Virus record (IMG/VR): IMGVR_UViG_3300032212_000091
Span: 1-35,653 of that record
DNA length: 35,653 nt
Reading direction: 5' to 3' (one strand)
Source of the DNA: a virus
Lineage: Duplodnaviria; Caudoviricetes
In this document: positions 18,066-28,524 of the stretch, one piece after another
How positions within the stretch are numbered: position 1 is the first letter of the stretch
Layout of the letters: every line of letters starts with the position of its first letter
Program-made: the position numbers and the translations under genes
Notes under the pieces: generated by a model
Told to the model about the DNA's origin: nothing
Database searches by the model: none
What the model saw: the letters and a program-made list of their open reading frames with translations, nothing else

Positions 18066-19550
18066 ATGTTTTTTGCAGATATGGACGAGTTTAATAACAA
18101 AGCCTCTCAAAGCGAAGAGACAGGCGAGAACATAGGCTATCAATCACTAGGTGATACTTTTAACGCAGGAGTCAAAAATATGCTTGCCTCAGGTAATGCG
18201 GATTCGGAAGATAGTTATAAGCATACAGAAAGCGTTATTGAAATTGACAGACTTTTAAGTCAAACAAATAACGATCAAGACAGAAAAACTATAGAGCTAT
18301 ACAAGCGTAAATTTGACAGTCACGATATGCGATACCTAAGAGGTGTCATTGAAGATGGGAAGCTTATTTATAATGCAGACACACACCAGTACGAGGGAAA
18401 CACAGCCCATTACAAATGGGTTGCCAGCAAATACAAAATGATGCTCGATCCTATAAAACGCTACGATGATTTAATTGCTAAAAATGGTTTTAGAGATCTT
18501 TCCAAGATTAATCAGGATGCACGATCCAAGGCCTATAAAGATTACACAGAGACGCAAAAGAGGCTAAGCAATACAGAGGGCTTTACGTCATGGCTCGCAG
18601 AGATGGGCGGAACTATGGCAGGCGGTTTACAAGATCCAGTTACAGCCGCATCTTTAGCTATTGGATCGCCAGTTAAAATCGTAGGAGAGGGCATAAAAGC
18701 TATTACTCACGCAGGAGCTAAGGCATTTGCACAGGAAGTAAAGATCGGTATAGGGCTAGAGGCTTTAACGGCACCTCAGGTTTACGACTGGAAAAATGAA
18801 ATAGGCATAGATTACAGCGTAAGAGATGCACTTATAGAGAGTGGGGCATCTGTTTTAGCAGGTGGCCTTATTCGTGGTGCAGGTAGTATAGTGGTAGATG
18901 CTACGCCTGCACTGGTAAAGAAATTCAAGCAGGACGCTAAAGAGCGTGGAGATGCTGAGGCCGTAGAGTTAGCAGATCACATGGAAGCCATAAACAGAGA
19001 TAGCCTATTCGATGATACTACAGATCACATTGAAGCCTTACATGATGCACGCAGACAAATAGATGAGGGGCTAGAGGCTAGGACTTCTGAGGCCATGAGT
19101 GATTCAAAGAGCGTCAATCAAGCAAAAAAAGAGATCATAGAAAGACTTGAAAAAGAGGGCAAAGAATTCATCAAAGAGGGTCACGCTCCAACAATCAAAG
19201 ATCAATACGTAAACAACCCACTAAACGACATAAATGAGGTACCTATGCAAAGAACAGGCACAGATGATCTACCTCCAAGCGTAGGGAAAGAGCCTTTAAA
19301 AATTGATTTGCAAGATCACAAAAAGCTTGAGGATTTACGCATTGAGAAAGAGGGCAAAAGTGACTATGTTGACGCTAAATACCAAGAGGTAGAAAGCTTT
19401 ACAAAAGACAATAGTGACGCAATCGTAGCACATAGAGAATTACAAGAGGACGGAGAAATCATATCTAAGCAATCCACTCTCAAAGAGGAATTAGATATAA
19501 TAGACAACGATATAAAAACTATTAATAAAATGTTGGATTGTGCCTTATGA
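18066..19550 (+). CDS. internal virion (ejection) protein
   Basis: Central Gly/Ala hydrophobic region (GGTMAGGLQDPV), synteny. Confidence 0.7.
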   Translation: MFFADMDEFNNKASQSEETGENIGYQSLGDTFNAGVKNMLASGNADSEDSYKHTESVIEIDRLLSQTNNDQDRKTIELYKRKFDSHDMRYLRGVIEDGKLIYNADTHQYEGNTAHYKWVASKYKMMLDPIKRYDDLIAKNGFRDLSKINQDARSKAYKDYTETQKRLSNTEGFTSWLAEMGGTMAGGLQDPVTAASLAIGSPVKIVGEGIKAITHAGAKAFAQEVKIGIGLEALTAPQVYDWKNEIGIDYSVRDALIESGASVLAGGLIRGAGSIVVDATPALVKKFKQDAKERGDAEAVELADHMEAINRDSLFDDTTDHIEALHDARRQIDEGLEARTSEAMSDSKSVNQAKKEIIERLEKEGKEFIKEGHAPTIKDQYVNNPLNDINEVPMQRTGTDDLPPSVGKEPLKIDLQDHKKLEDLRIEKEGKSDYVDAKYQEVESFTKDNSDAIVAHRELQEDGEIISKQSTLKEELDIIDNDIKTINKMLDCAL

Positions 19551-21952
19551 GTAAAGACTTAGTATCATGTGTCAATAAAGCCGTAAAAGAGGGAAAGCTA
19601 AGTAAATCCGCAGGCGAGGACATTAAAGACTTTTACCAAAAAGAGTTAAACGAAAATGTATCACCTAAAGAGGCTACTAAAAAAGCATTAGCCGAAGCAG
19701 AATATAAGAAAAAAAGAGATGCTTTTACAAAAGGGCTTAACGCTAAGGCAATCAAAAACCTAACCGAATTAGTAGATTCTCACCCTAAAGGCGGTTATCA
19801 CGCTCTATTTTCAACCATGACAAAAGATGTTACAGGCAAATCTATAGGCAGTAATGTAGAGTATAGATCCAAGGCCATACGCGGAATGATCGAGGCCAAA
19901 TTCGCTGATGCTATTCACGCTATGCGTACAACTATGGCAGGCCGTAGACAAGATACCGAACTTATCCATAACACAGTAAGAGAGATCTTTAAAAAGGGAT
20001 CAACAGAGGACACACAAGCAAGCGAGTTTGCTAAACTATGGGGTGATATTGCAGAAGAGTTGAGACAGCTTTTTAATGGTGCAGGTGGAGCAATTAGAAA
20101 GCTTGATGACTGGGGCTTACCTCAAAGCCATAATGCTTTCAACCTACACAAAAAAGGCCTTGACGCTTGGAGTGATAACATCATGAATAAGCTTGACTGG
20201 GAGCGTATGGGTGTAGCTGAGATCGATAGAGCTGAATATTTAAAACATACCTTTGAAACAATCAGCAGTGGTGGTCTTAATAAGCTTGAAGTAGGGAAAA
20301 TGCCAAAGGGTATTAGTTCGGCTAAGGCCAATGCACATAGAGAACACAGAGAGTTATTCTTTAAAGATGCCGATAGTTGGATCGAGTACCAAAAAGAGTT
20401 CGGAAACCCTGATCCTTTTAGTGCCATGAAAGACCATATTATGCTAATGTCTAACGATGTCGCATTAATGGAAATTTACGGAGCTAATCCAAAGAGAAGC
20501 TTTGAGTACATGATAGATTATGTGAGAAAAAAAGATGGTCTAACTGATGCAAAAGAGCGAAAATTATCAGGGATCTTTAGAGTGGTATCAGGTGAAGTTG
20601 ATAACCTCATTGTAAAAGATGCCAAAGATTACAGAATCGCTCAGTTTGGGGGCGTAGTTAGATCTATCCAAACAGCCTCAAAGCTTGGAAGTGCTGTTTT
20701 ATCTTCTGTTACTGATTTATCAACTATGATACAAACATCAAGATACAACGGTATGCCAGTTATGAAAGCGGTAAAAAGTGGCTTTGCAACTATGGCAAAT
20801 AGCAAACGACACGTGCAAGCAACACGCTTAGGAGTTATCGCGGATTATGCTAGTGCCTCAATGACTTCAAGGTTTGGAGAGGTGGCACACGGAAAGGCTC
20901 AAACAATGGCGGAGCTTGTATTAAGAGCCTCAGGTATGGGTGTATGGACTGATGGTTTTAAAACCTCTTTCAGAATGGAGCTAATGGGGAATATAGGGGA
21001 TAATTTATCTAAGCCTTTTTCTAGTCTAAACAAGAATATGAAAAAGCGATTAACGGAAAACGGAATCACCTCTAAAGACTGGGATTATATGGCTAAGTCA
21101 GAGCTTATTGATGGCGGCCTGATAGATATTGAGAACATAGCACAGTTGCACAAAAAAACAGATCTAAGCATAATCGAGGCGAGAGACTTAGCCATAAGAG
21201 TATCAGAGTATATCCACAAAGAGGGCGATATGGCAGTTATTACACCTGATGCACATACACGCTATTACACTACAGCAGGAAAAGTTAAAGGCGAGTTTTG
21301 GGGAGAAATGGCAAGAATGACAACTCAGTTTAAATCGTTCCCTATTGCTATGGTATTTAGTCACATGATGCGAAACATGAGTCAAGATACTTGGACTTCA
21401 AAACTTGGTATGACGGCAAGCTTTACGCTTTTAACCACTATTTTTGGAGGTATGGCTATTACAGCTAAAGATATAGCGAAAGGCAAAGACCCTCACAAAG
21501 CAAACCTAGAATTTATCGGTGCGTCTGTACTTCAAGGCGGCGGCTGGGGGATCTTTGGAGATTTCTTATTCTCAGACCAAACACGCTTTGGAAACAGCTT
21601 GACTGCTACAGCACTTGGAGCCATAGGATCTATGGGCGAGGATATAATGACCTTAACGGTTGAGCAGGTGCAAAAAGCCCTTATGAGCGATAAAGAAAGT
21701 AATCTTGTAGAAGAGTTGGTAAGGATAGGAAAAAACTATCTACCTGCCCAAAACCTTTGGTATACTAGGCTCGCTTTTGAACGTTTATTGTACGATCATA
21801 TTAAAGAAGCTACAGCAAAGAATTATAAGAGTAAAATACGTAAGCATGTAAGAAAGATGAAAAAAGAGACAGGGCAAGAGTATTGGTGGGAAATCGGAGA
21901 GTTAGAGCCTGAGCGTTCACCAAGATTTGAAAATTTAACAGGGGGCAATTAA
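19538..21952 (+). CDS. large internal virion (ejection) protein
   Basis: WGLPQSH, FKDADSW..Y...FG, QFKSFP, QGGG.GIFGDFL, P.QNLWY motifs. Confidence 0.8.
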   Translation: MCLMSKDLVSCVNKAVKEGKLSKSAGEDIKDFYQKELNENVSPKEATKKALAEAEYKKKRDAFTKGLNAKAIKNLTELVDSHPKGGYHALFSTMTKDVTGKSIGSNVEYRSKAIRGMIEAKFADAIHAMRTTMAGRRQDTELIHNTVREIFKKGSTEDTQASEFAKLWGDIAEELRQLFNGAGGAIRKLDDWGLPQSHNAFNLHKKGLDAWSDNIMNKLDWERMGVAEIDRAEYLKHTFETISSGGLNKLEVGKMPKGISSAKANAHREHRELFFKDADSWIEYQKEFGNPDPFSAMKDHIMLMSNDVALMEIYGANPKRSFEYMIDYVRKKDGLTDAKERKLSGIFRVVSGEVDNLIVKDAKDYRIAQFGGVVRSIQTASKLGSAVLSSVTDLSTMIQTSRYNGMPVMKAVKSGFATMANSKRHVQATRLGVIADYASASMTSRFGEVAHGKAQTMAELVLRASGMGVWTDGFKTSFRMELMGNIGDNLSKPFSSLNKNMKKRLTENGITSKDWDYMAKSELIDGGLIDIENIAQLHKKTDLSIIEARDLAIRVSEYIHKEGDMAVITPDAHTRYYTTAGKVKGEFWGEMARMTTQFKSFPIAMVFSHMMRNMSQDTWTSKLGMTASFTLLTTIFGGMAITAKDIAKGKDPHKANLEFIGASVLQGGGWGIFGDFLFSDQTRFGNSLTATALGAIGSMGEDIMTLTVEQVQKALMSDKESNLVEELVRIGKNYLPAQNLWYTRLAFERLLYDHIKEATAKNYKSKIRKHVRKMKKETGQEYWWEIGELEPERSPRFENLTGGN

Positions 21953-24900
21953 TGGCTTTTAATAGTAATGTAGGTAGAGTAGAACTTAAGGCAGGCGCAG
22001 GACAAACGGACTTTAATTTTAATTTTCGTATTTTCTCATTTACGGATATTATCGTTTATCACACACCAAATGGACAGGCACCAAATGTAAGTACAGACAC
22101 GCTAACCATAGATGTTGATTACACAGTAACTATTAACGGAGAGAGTGGGGGTATTTTATCTCTTAACACTGGGGCGAATCTAAACGACTCTATTACTATT
22201 CAAAGAAGTCTACCCGTTAATAGGCTTATTGATTTTCAACCAAGGGGTGATTTAACGTCTGAAAACCTTAACGATGATGCAGAGTATCAAACTTACTTAG
22301 TGGCAGACCAAAAAGCCAAAGAGGGCGTATTTTTATCGGTAGATCCTGCAACGCAAGACTTTAATACGATCTTGCCTGCTCCAACCCCGAACAGCTATAT
22401 TAAATTTTCAGAAGATGGCAAGTCTATTATCGGTGACGAGACTATCCCTCAGGCCGTAATAGATACCGCGGCTAATGCGGCTAACGCAAAGGTTAGTGAG
22501 GATAATTCAAAGATTAGTGAAGATAACGCCAAAATATCAGAGATAAACGCTCAGGCCTCAGCAGCTTCAGTGGATGCAACCACTATGTCTAATCGTTCAT
22601 CAATGGTTATCAATACACCATCAACGCTAGAGAATCTAAAACTAGATTCTGTCACTAAGATAGGGCAGACAGAGTTTTTATATACTGGTACTGGTGTAGA
22701 AAGAACAGTAGATACAACTGGGATTCAATTAGTTAATGATAACGGAGATGGCGTAACCTTAGCAAGCGATTGGGCTGATACTACTCATGCTTTAGGTGTC
22801 ATTGTTTACGATACAAGTGCTACTGGAGATAGTAAACCTTATGAGTGTACTGTAGCCATTACTGTAGCTACTGGTATATCACCTAGAGCTGACGTTGATG
22901 CTACAAGTGCAAATTGGAAACTAGCTGATAATCAGTTTGGGTATAGAATTAACTTCAAAAATAGAACTACTATTAGAGATTGGAGAGGATGCGATTCAAT
23001 CAGGGGATTATTTAAAGAAATCTATACTAATACTACAGCTACTGAATTTAATCAAACTCAAGGATTAATAGGGGTATCTCCATTTTCAGTTACAATAGGT
23101 ACTGATGTAGGGTATAACACTCTGAATGATAATTACCTTTTAGAAGTAGAGCAAACTACAAGAAGAACAGCAGGTGTATTAATATTTGATATAGCGTTAG
23201 GTAGAGATGTAGTTGTTAACTCAGTTGGGCTATATGATGGTACAGGAGTTTATAACCCAGCAGTACATGCTTCATTGTGTGAAGTAGATAGTGCAGGTAA
23301 TCCAGTTATCAATCACTACAACCCAGTTCAAGGTAATGGTATTAGATTTAGAACTGGTAGCGGTGTAGCAGGTACTAATGCTCCAAGTATGGGTATTTTA
23401 ACTAAGCTACTTGATACTAAAAATCTTAGTTCTATTGCTAGTTGGTTGAATTATAATTTTATAAGTGGAGCTACAAAATATTTATCTTTAAATGTAACCC
23501 AAGGGGAAGCAACAAGTATTATAGGTTGGAATAATACAGAACCTACACAAGATACTTTTACTTATGGTACGGATATTTCCGTTAATGTAGTGAACAACAA
23601 CTACATTGACTACTACCAAGGTGAAACACCAAATACTAAAATAGTAAACTATCAGGGTACAGGTGCAGTAGGTAATGATGCTTTAAATAATATTGGTATG
23701 AATTGTAGTGTATTAGGTACTAAGGTGACAATAAAGAGATTAGATGCAGTAGGAAACTGGGATAAGATAAGCAATATTCGTGGCGGTACCCAAGTAGTCT
23801 ATGCTGACTTATCTAATGCGGAGGCTATAGATTCAGATACTAAGTTTACTAGCACGGGGCTTATTATAGATATAACAACGGGGGATGAAAATGCTAATGG
23901 TGGCTCTTACCTAGCTATCATTAAAACACCTAATTATGAGCAACCAATCTCAGGTAAATTAATCGGATTCAGCAACGACATTAAAGCAGTATTAGCGGAT
24001 GGTATCAATGCAAACCAAGCTAAGAAAACTTTAGATGTTCAAACTACAGCTTTAACTACTTTAGATGTTGGAACTGGTAATGCAAACACTAGACAGCACT
24101 TATTTTTAAAAGGTGATGGTTCAGTATTTAAACAACCATATCCACTTAGAAAAGGTCTTAACAATGCTGATGCTGATAAGTGGGGTGTTGATGTAAAAGA
24201 TGCTAATGGTGTTGTAACTGGTAAGACTACAGCTAGACATGGTACTTATGCTAGTGATACTGGTTTTGTTAGTGCGAGTAGTCAAGAAGCTAACAACTTA
24301 GCATGGGAAGCATTAAGCCACATAACATCAATAGGTAATGGTTGGTTGACTCTCCTTGGTGATACCGCTGGTTGGTGGAAAAATAACTTAACTAAAAGTA
24401 GAGTAATCAAAGGTTATGAATTTTCATCACCTACCGTAACATCAGTTATCGCAACAAATATACTTTCATTCCCTAAGACATGGACTTTTGAGGGTTCTAA
24501 TGATGATACTAACTGGGATATTATTGAAAATGTTACAAATTATGTGCCTACTGGTGATGGAACAGTGGGAGTATTTGAACCAACACGAGATTTATCAGCT
24601 AATACGACATCGTATAAAGATTATAGAATAAATATTACTGCCAATAATGGGTCAACTCAATATGTAGGATTTGGAGAAATTAGGCTCATATTCGCAATAG
24701 ACGATACACCATATTTAAACATCACAGACAATGTAATATACACAGATGTAAACGACACAGTAACAGATACATTTACAGAGTTAGGTACAGCAGTAATTGA
24801 CGATACAGAGACAGTATCACATGTATTCAATGCTGAATCTAATGTAACAGAGTTTGAGAACTTAACAGTTTATGGTGAAGCTCATTTAGATGGAAACACT

Positions 24901-25242
24901 TATTTGATTACACCTCAGAATGAAGAAGCATTACCCGATTTGGTTGCAGTTAATAAAAAATACTTACTAGATAATCCATTCGGAAAAAATACACCAGTTG
25001 AAGTTATAGCAGAGGTTTTTTATGACGGTATTTGGAGTGGTACTAGATGGTATTACGGAGATTCATCGGGTAACTCAGGTGGAGTAAGTGGATATTATGT
25101 AGAAGGAGTAGGAATAGCAATTATTACTGGTAATGTTGACATAATGCACGTTCAGCATGTAACTGGTAATCCTCATGGAGCATCTACCAGTATTAAATCT
25201 GCACCATGTAGAGTAAGAGTAATTAGACAAGGAGGAAAATAA
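21952..25242 (+). CDS. tail fibre / receptor-binding protein
   Basis: gp17-like N-terminal anchor (GQTDF.F.F.IF), heptads, three repeated modules, discoidin-like PKTWTFEGSND..NW / YRINIT domain. Confidence 0.88.
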   Translation: MAFNSNVGRVELKAGAGQTDFNFNFRIFSFTDIIVYHTPNGQAPNVSTDTLTIDVDYTVTINGESGGILSLNTGANLNDSITIQRSLPVNRLIDFQPRGDLTSENLNDDAEYQTYLVADQKAKEGVFLSVDPATQDFNTILPAPTPNSYIKFSEDGKSIIGDETIPQAVIDTAANAANAKVSEDNSKISEDNAKISEINAQASAASVDATTMSNRSSMVINTPSTLENLKLDSVTKIGQTEFLYTGTGVERTVDTTGIQLVNDNGDGVTLASDWADTTHALGVIVYDTSATGDSKPYECTVAITVATGISPRADVDATSANWKLADNQFGYRINFKNRTTIRDWRGCDSIRGLFKEIYTNTTATEFNQTQGLIGVSPFSVTIGTDVGYNTLNDNYLLEVEQTTRRTAGVLIFDIALGRDVVVNSVGLYDGTGVYNPAVHASLCEVDSAGNPVINHYNPVQGNGIRFRTGSGVAGTNAPSMGILTKLLDTKNLSSIASWLNYNFISGATKYLSLNVTQGEATSIIGWNNTEPTQDTFTYGTDISVNVVNNNYIDYYQGETPNTKIVNYQGTGAVGNDALNNIGMNCSVLGTKVTIKRLDAVGNWDKISNIRGGTQVVYADLSNAEAIDSDTKFTSTGLIIDITTGDENANGGSYLAIIKTPNYEQPISGKLIGFSNDIKAVLADGINANQAKKTLDVQTTALTTLDVGTGNANTRQHLFLKGDGSVFKQPYPLRKGLNNADADKWGVDVKDANGVVTGKTTARHGTYASDTGFVSASSQEANNLAWEALSHITSIGNGWLTLLGDTAGWWKNNLTKSRVIKGYEFSSPTVTSVIATNILSFPKTWTFEGSNDDTNWDIIENVTNYVPTGDGTVGVFEPTRDLSANTTSYKDYRINITANNGSTQYVGFGEIRLIFAIDDTPYLNITDNVIYTDVNDTVTDTFTELGTAVIDDTETVSHVFNAESNVTEFENLTVYGEAHLDGNTYLITPQNEEALPDLVAVNKKYLLDNPFGKNTPVEVIAEVFYDGIWSGTRWYYGDSSGNSGGVSGYYVEGVGIAIITGNVDIMHVQHVTGNPHGASTSIKSAPCRVRVIRQGGK

Positions 25243-25721
25243 TGGCAGTGGCTTATTATAGTGCGTTAGGCGATAATGCAATCACAGTAGTAAAAGTTGG
25301 TTCAGCAGGTGAGCAGAGTTGTATCGATTCAGGCTTAATCAAAATGGTATCTGATAACGAAGATAAGACAATGACAGCTCAAGCAGATGGTACTTGGGTT
25401 AGTGATTTAAATAAAAATGTTGAACGCTTTACTGATATTACAACAAACTTTATTCAAGATGTTTTAGACAATTACAATGATGAGTTTGGTCTAAAGATTA
25501 AAGATGTAGCTAGAGCTGAACTTTATTCACGAAAGACTGGGTACACTCATCAAGCTTTTTGCTTAGCTATTTGGGATTGGTCTGTTGATGTATGGGAAGC
25601 AATCAGAGCTATTCCTATTATTCCTACTGATGCAGAGTTTGAAGCAGTCATCAGAGGTGTAAACATTACTGATGTAGATTTACAAGCAAGAGTGACAGCT
25701 ACAGATATGGACTTCGACTAA
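25242..25721 (+). CDS. putative tail fibre assembly protein
   Basis: Follows fibre; A.ADGTWV and W...VW....IPT..E motifs. Confidence 0.6.
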   Translation: MAVAYYSALGDNAITVVKVGSAGEQSCIDSGLIKMVSDNEDKTMTAQADGTWVSDLNKNVERFTDITTNFIQDVLDNYNDEFGLKIKDVARAELYSRKTGYTHQAFCLAIWDWSVDVWEAIRAIPIIPTDAEFEAVIRGVNITDVDLQARVTATDMDFD

Positions 25722-26041
25722 TGTACTCATTAAAAGTTAGCCCTACAATAGATAAGAAATTTGTCTTATTTGAGCCATATACTTTCAGTGATGTTACAGT
25801 ACCAAAGGGTTACAAAACTAATGGTGCTGATGTGCCTTGGTTATTTACTTTGCTTATTCCTAGATATTGCCCTATGAATTTACCGATGGTAGTGGTTCAT
25901 GACTACCTAACAGATTTAGAACAATATGAAAAAGCAGACTATTTGTTTGAGACAATGTTCAGAATGAGTGGCTACACGCTAAGAAGAAGAATCGCAGTAT
26001 GGGCGGTTAATTTATATCATGGAGTTAAATATGGAAGATAA
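25721..26041 (+). CDS. DUF1353 family protein
   Basis: VPKGYKTNGADVP, VVHDYL, AD..F motifs. Confidence 0.85.
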   Translation: MYSLKVSPTIDKKFVLFEPYTFSDVTVPKGYKTNGADVPWLFTLLIPRYCPMNLPMVVVHDYLTDLEQYEKADYLFETMFRMSGYTLRRRIAVWAVNLYHGVKYGR

Positions 26042-26258
26042 ACAAATTGGCTTTTGGGCTAAACACAGAATTACTACAAGGCTAATTTCAATGGCTATCG
26101 TATACGCATATATCTATTCTGTACGAGCAAAAGAACCATCTGAGGATATTATCTTCACTACTGGTTTATTTGCTTTAATTGCTTTGATTGTGTTAACCTT
26201 TGGTTTGAATTCAATCACGAAAGTAACAAGCATGATAAAAGCATGGAAGGGTAAATAA
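26031..26258 (+). CDS. putative holin
   Basis: Two TM helices, basic C-terminus, in lysis cassette; GGAG RBS. Confidence 0.55.
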   Translation: MEDKQIGFWAKHRITTRLISMAIVYAYIYSVRAKEPSEDIIFTTGLFALIALIVLTFGLNSITKVTSMIKAWKGK

Positions 26259-26518
26259 TGGACACTAAAGACATAATCGGTCTAGTAATCGGCCTTGGAA
26301 TCTTAGGTAATTCAGCGTTAAATACATGGCAAAATAATTACCTAAAAAACAAAGTAAACGAACTAGAGACAGTAGCTCTTTATAATAAGGCTATATTAAA
26401 AGCCAATAAAGTTAAAGAAGCAGAGTATCAAAACCAAATTGACGATATTGAAAGGAACCATAATGAGGAAGTTAACGACATTAACAATACTCCTATCGGT
26501 GGCACTATTAACTTTTAG
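26258..26518 (+). CDS. putative inner-membrane spanin (Rz-like)
   Basis: N-terminal TM plus coiled coil; overlaps lipoprotein gene. Confidence 0.65.
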   Translation: MDTKDIIGLVIGLGILGNSALNTWQNNYLKNKVNELETVALYNKAILKANKVKEAEYQNQIDDIERNHNEEVNDINNTPIGGTINF

Positions 26519-26759
26519 CGGTTGTACTAAGATTGAGTATCTCCCATGTCCAGAGTTTGACATGAAAACTGAACCACCAATCTTAGATCTTAATGGCACT
26601 GGCTCAATGAAGCGTGTAAGTAAAGATTACTGGATGGTTCCACATAAAACAGTGATTGTAGTAAAAGAGTTTGAAAAGAAATGCTATGAGCATTCAGCAG
26701 ACTTTCTATCTACCACTAAAGCTATTAATGCTTACAATAAAGAATTAGACAAAGATTAA
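26463..26759 (+). CDS. putative outer-membrane spanin lipoprotein (Rz1-like)
   Basis: MRKLTTLTILLSVALLTFSG-C lipobox, then a Pro-rich segment; AAGGA RBS. Confidence 0.7.
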   Translation: MRKLTTLTILLSVALLTFSGCTKIEYLPCPEFDMKTEPPILDLNGTGSMKRVSKDYWMVPHKTVIVVKEFEKKCYEHSADFLSTTKAINAYNKELDKD

Positions 26760-26796
26760 CACGTTATAATTCAATAAAAAAAGGCAGGTATCATCT

Positions 26797-27246
26797 ATGC
26801 ACAAAATTGAGGAAGTCATAGTAGAGATTAACCACCTTAAAGAAAAGATTGAAGAGCAGTCCAAAGCTTTTGAAAAACACACAGATGAAGAAAAGTTACA
26901 GTTTAGAACACTATCAAGCCAACACAACGATCTTATTAAACACATAGGGGATTTAACAGTAAGTATTGAAGTGTACGTTAAAGAAACCAGTGTTAGTATG
27001 ACATGGTTCAAGCGCATAGGCGGCCTGTTCTTTACTGGGCTTGGTATGGCTAGTGCTTACCTTTTTTTTGAACTTAGAGCTATTGAACTAAAAAACACCT
27101 TGCACGATAAACAAGTTAACGCACGCATTGAAAAGATCGAAAAAAGAGTACAACACATAGTAGATAAAGACGTTTATTACGACAGCAATAGAGATACTAT
27201 TTATGAGATGATCGAGGGATACAAAGCTAAAAGGAAAGCTAAATGA
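26797..27246 (+). CDS. single-TM coiled-coil protein
   Basis: Central TM IGGLFFTGLGMASAYLFF. Confidence 0.7.
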   Translation: MHKIEEVIVEINHLKEKIEEQSKAFEKHTDEEKLQFRTLSSQHNDLIKHIGDLTVSIEVYVKETSVSMTWFKRIGGLFFTGLGMASAYLFFELRAIELKNTLHDKQVNARIEKIEKRVQHIVDKDVYYDSNRDTIYEMIEGYKAKRKAK

Positions 27247-27611
27247 CCGAAGAGTTAAGCATAGAAGAGAAAATGTTTAAGGCTTTAAGAGAGCAAAAAA
27301 AAGAGCTAGAACACAAAGACCTTTTAATGCACTTCTCAAAGCTCTCCAAAGATATTAGAAAAATAGAGGTATCAGCAAAAGAGGGAAATAGAGATAATAA
27401 GGATCTCATGTATAGACACGGCAATATGATAGAGAAAAGGTGTGTATCAAAAGTTAAAAATCTCTATATTGCTTTGTTTTCGATATTTTTTCCTATTGTG
27501 TCTGTGGCTACTTATTCAATTATAAGCCTAAGCCTCGACCTAGAAGAGGTAACTTGGAAGCAAAAAGCTACCTACAAAAACTTTATGAAATATAAAAGGA
27601 GTCATCCATGA
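27243..27611 (+). CDS. single-TM coiled-coil protein
   Basis: TM LYIALFSIFFPIVSVATYSII. Confidence 0.7.
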   Translation: MTEELSIEEKMFKALREQKKELEHKDLLMHFSKLSKDIRKIEVSAKEGNRDNKDLMYRHGNMIEKRCVSKVKNLYIALFSIFFPIVSVATYSIISLSLDLEEVTWKQKATYKNFMKYKRSHP

Positions 27612-28012
27612 TACATGAACTTATTAATGAAATAACAGAAGATGAGGGCTTTATATCTAAGCCATATAAAGACACTCTAGGCGTTTTAACTATTGGCTTC
27701 GGTACAAACATTGAACAAGGCATAACGCGGCCTATGGCTAGGGCTATGTTTGAAACTGATTTAAGAGACAAAATTAAAGAGCTTGAAAACAAAAAGCCGT
27801 TTGTAGTTATGTTATCAGAAGAGAGACAAAAGATCATTTTCAACATGGTCTACCAACTTGGAGTAGGCGGTGTTTTAAAATTTAAAAAGATGTGGCTCGC
27901 ACTAGAAAATGAAGATTACAAAACAGCATCTATTGAAATGCTTGACTCCAAGTGGGCAAAACAGACTCCAAGCAGAGCCAAGCGTTTAGCCTCACGCATG
28001 AAGAGAGGCTAG
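27608..28012 (+). CDS. endolysin, GH24 (T4 lysozyme-like)
   Basis: EG......YKDTLG.LTIGFG (E-x8-D-x5-T triad), MLDSKWAKQTP.RA.RL. Confidence 0.93.
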   Translation: MIHELINEITEDEGFISKPYKDTLGVLTIGFGTNIEQGITRPMARAMFETDLRDKIKELENKKPFVVMLSEERQKIIFNMVYQLGVGGVLKFKKMWLALENEDYKTASIEMLDSKWAKQTPSRAKRLASRMKRG

Positions 28013-28524
28013 GCTACGGCCTCTAAGAAATTATCTACCCATTTATTTTCTCTCTTGTCCATGCGATAAAGAGCCTTTGTCTTAATTATCTTTAAGCCAT
28101 ATACTAAAAAGTCTCTTAGCTTATCTCCTAATACTGGTCTAAAATCTCTAAGCCAGTTAGTCCAAGATCCCTCACTATCTCCATTTAACGCAGATAATAA
28201 CTGGGCTTTTTGAAAGTCATTGAGGTATAAATCTAGGCCATAATAGACATTCTCGAACATCCTATCGGTTATGTACCTTCTTTTTGTATTTGTATCCCCG
28301 TGAGCCTTGGAATTCCAATTGTTTACATCAATTAGAAAATCACCATCAACCATTTTTACATTTTTATTTTTATTGTGGTATTTTTGATGAATAACGCCCA
28401 AAGTAACACCCATATTTACCTCATGGTGAAGCGTTGGTCTTTCCCATTTTGGTTGTATGAGTTTTAATAATTCAGCCTTTTGCGGTAATTTATATAGTTC
28501 TTTTTTATTTATTGGCACTTTCAA
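28009..28524 (-). CDS. hypothetical protein
   Basis: 171-aa ORF, last gene of minus-strand operon. Confidence 0.7.
   Translation of the reverse strand: MKVPINKKELYKLPQKAELLKLIQPKWERPTLHHEVNMGVTLGVIHQKYHNKNKNVKMVDGDFLIDVNNWNSKAHGDTNTKRRYITDRMFENVYYGLDLYLNDFQKAQLLSALNGDSEGSWTNWLRDFRPVLGDKLRDFLVYGLKIIKTKALYRMDKRENKWVDNFLEAVA

Noticed and set aside
21952-25242. Diversity-generating retroelement (expected from the BPP-1-like head and tail)
   Set aside because: No reverse transcriptase and no template/variable repeat pair seen in the window.
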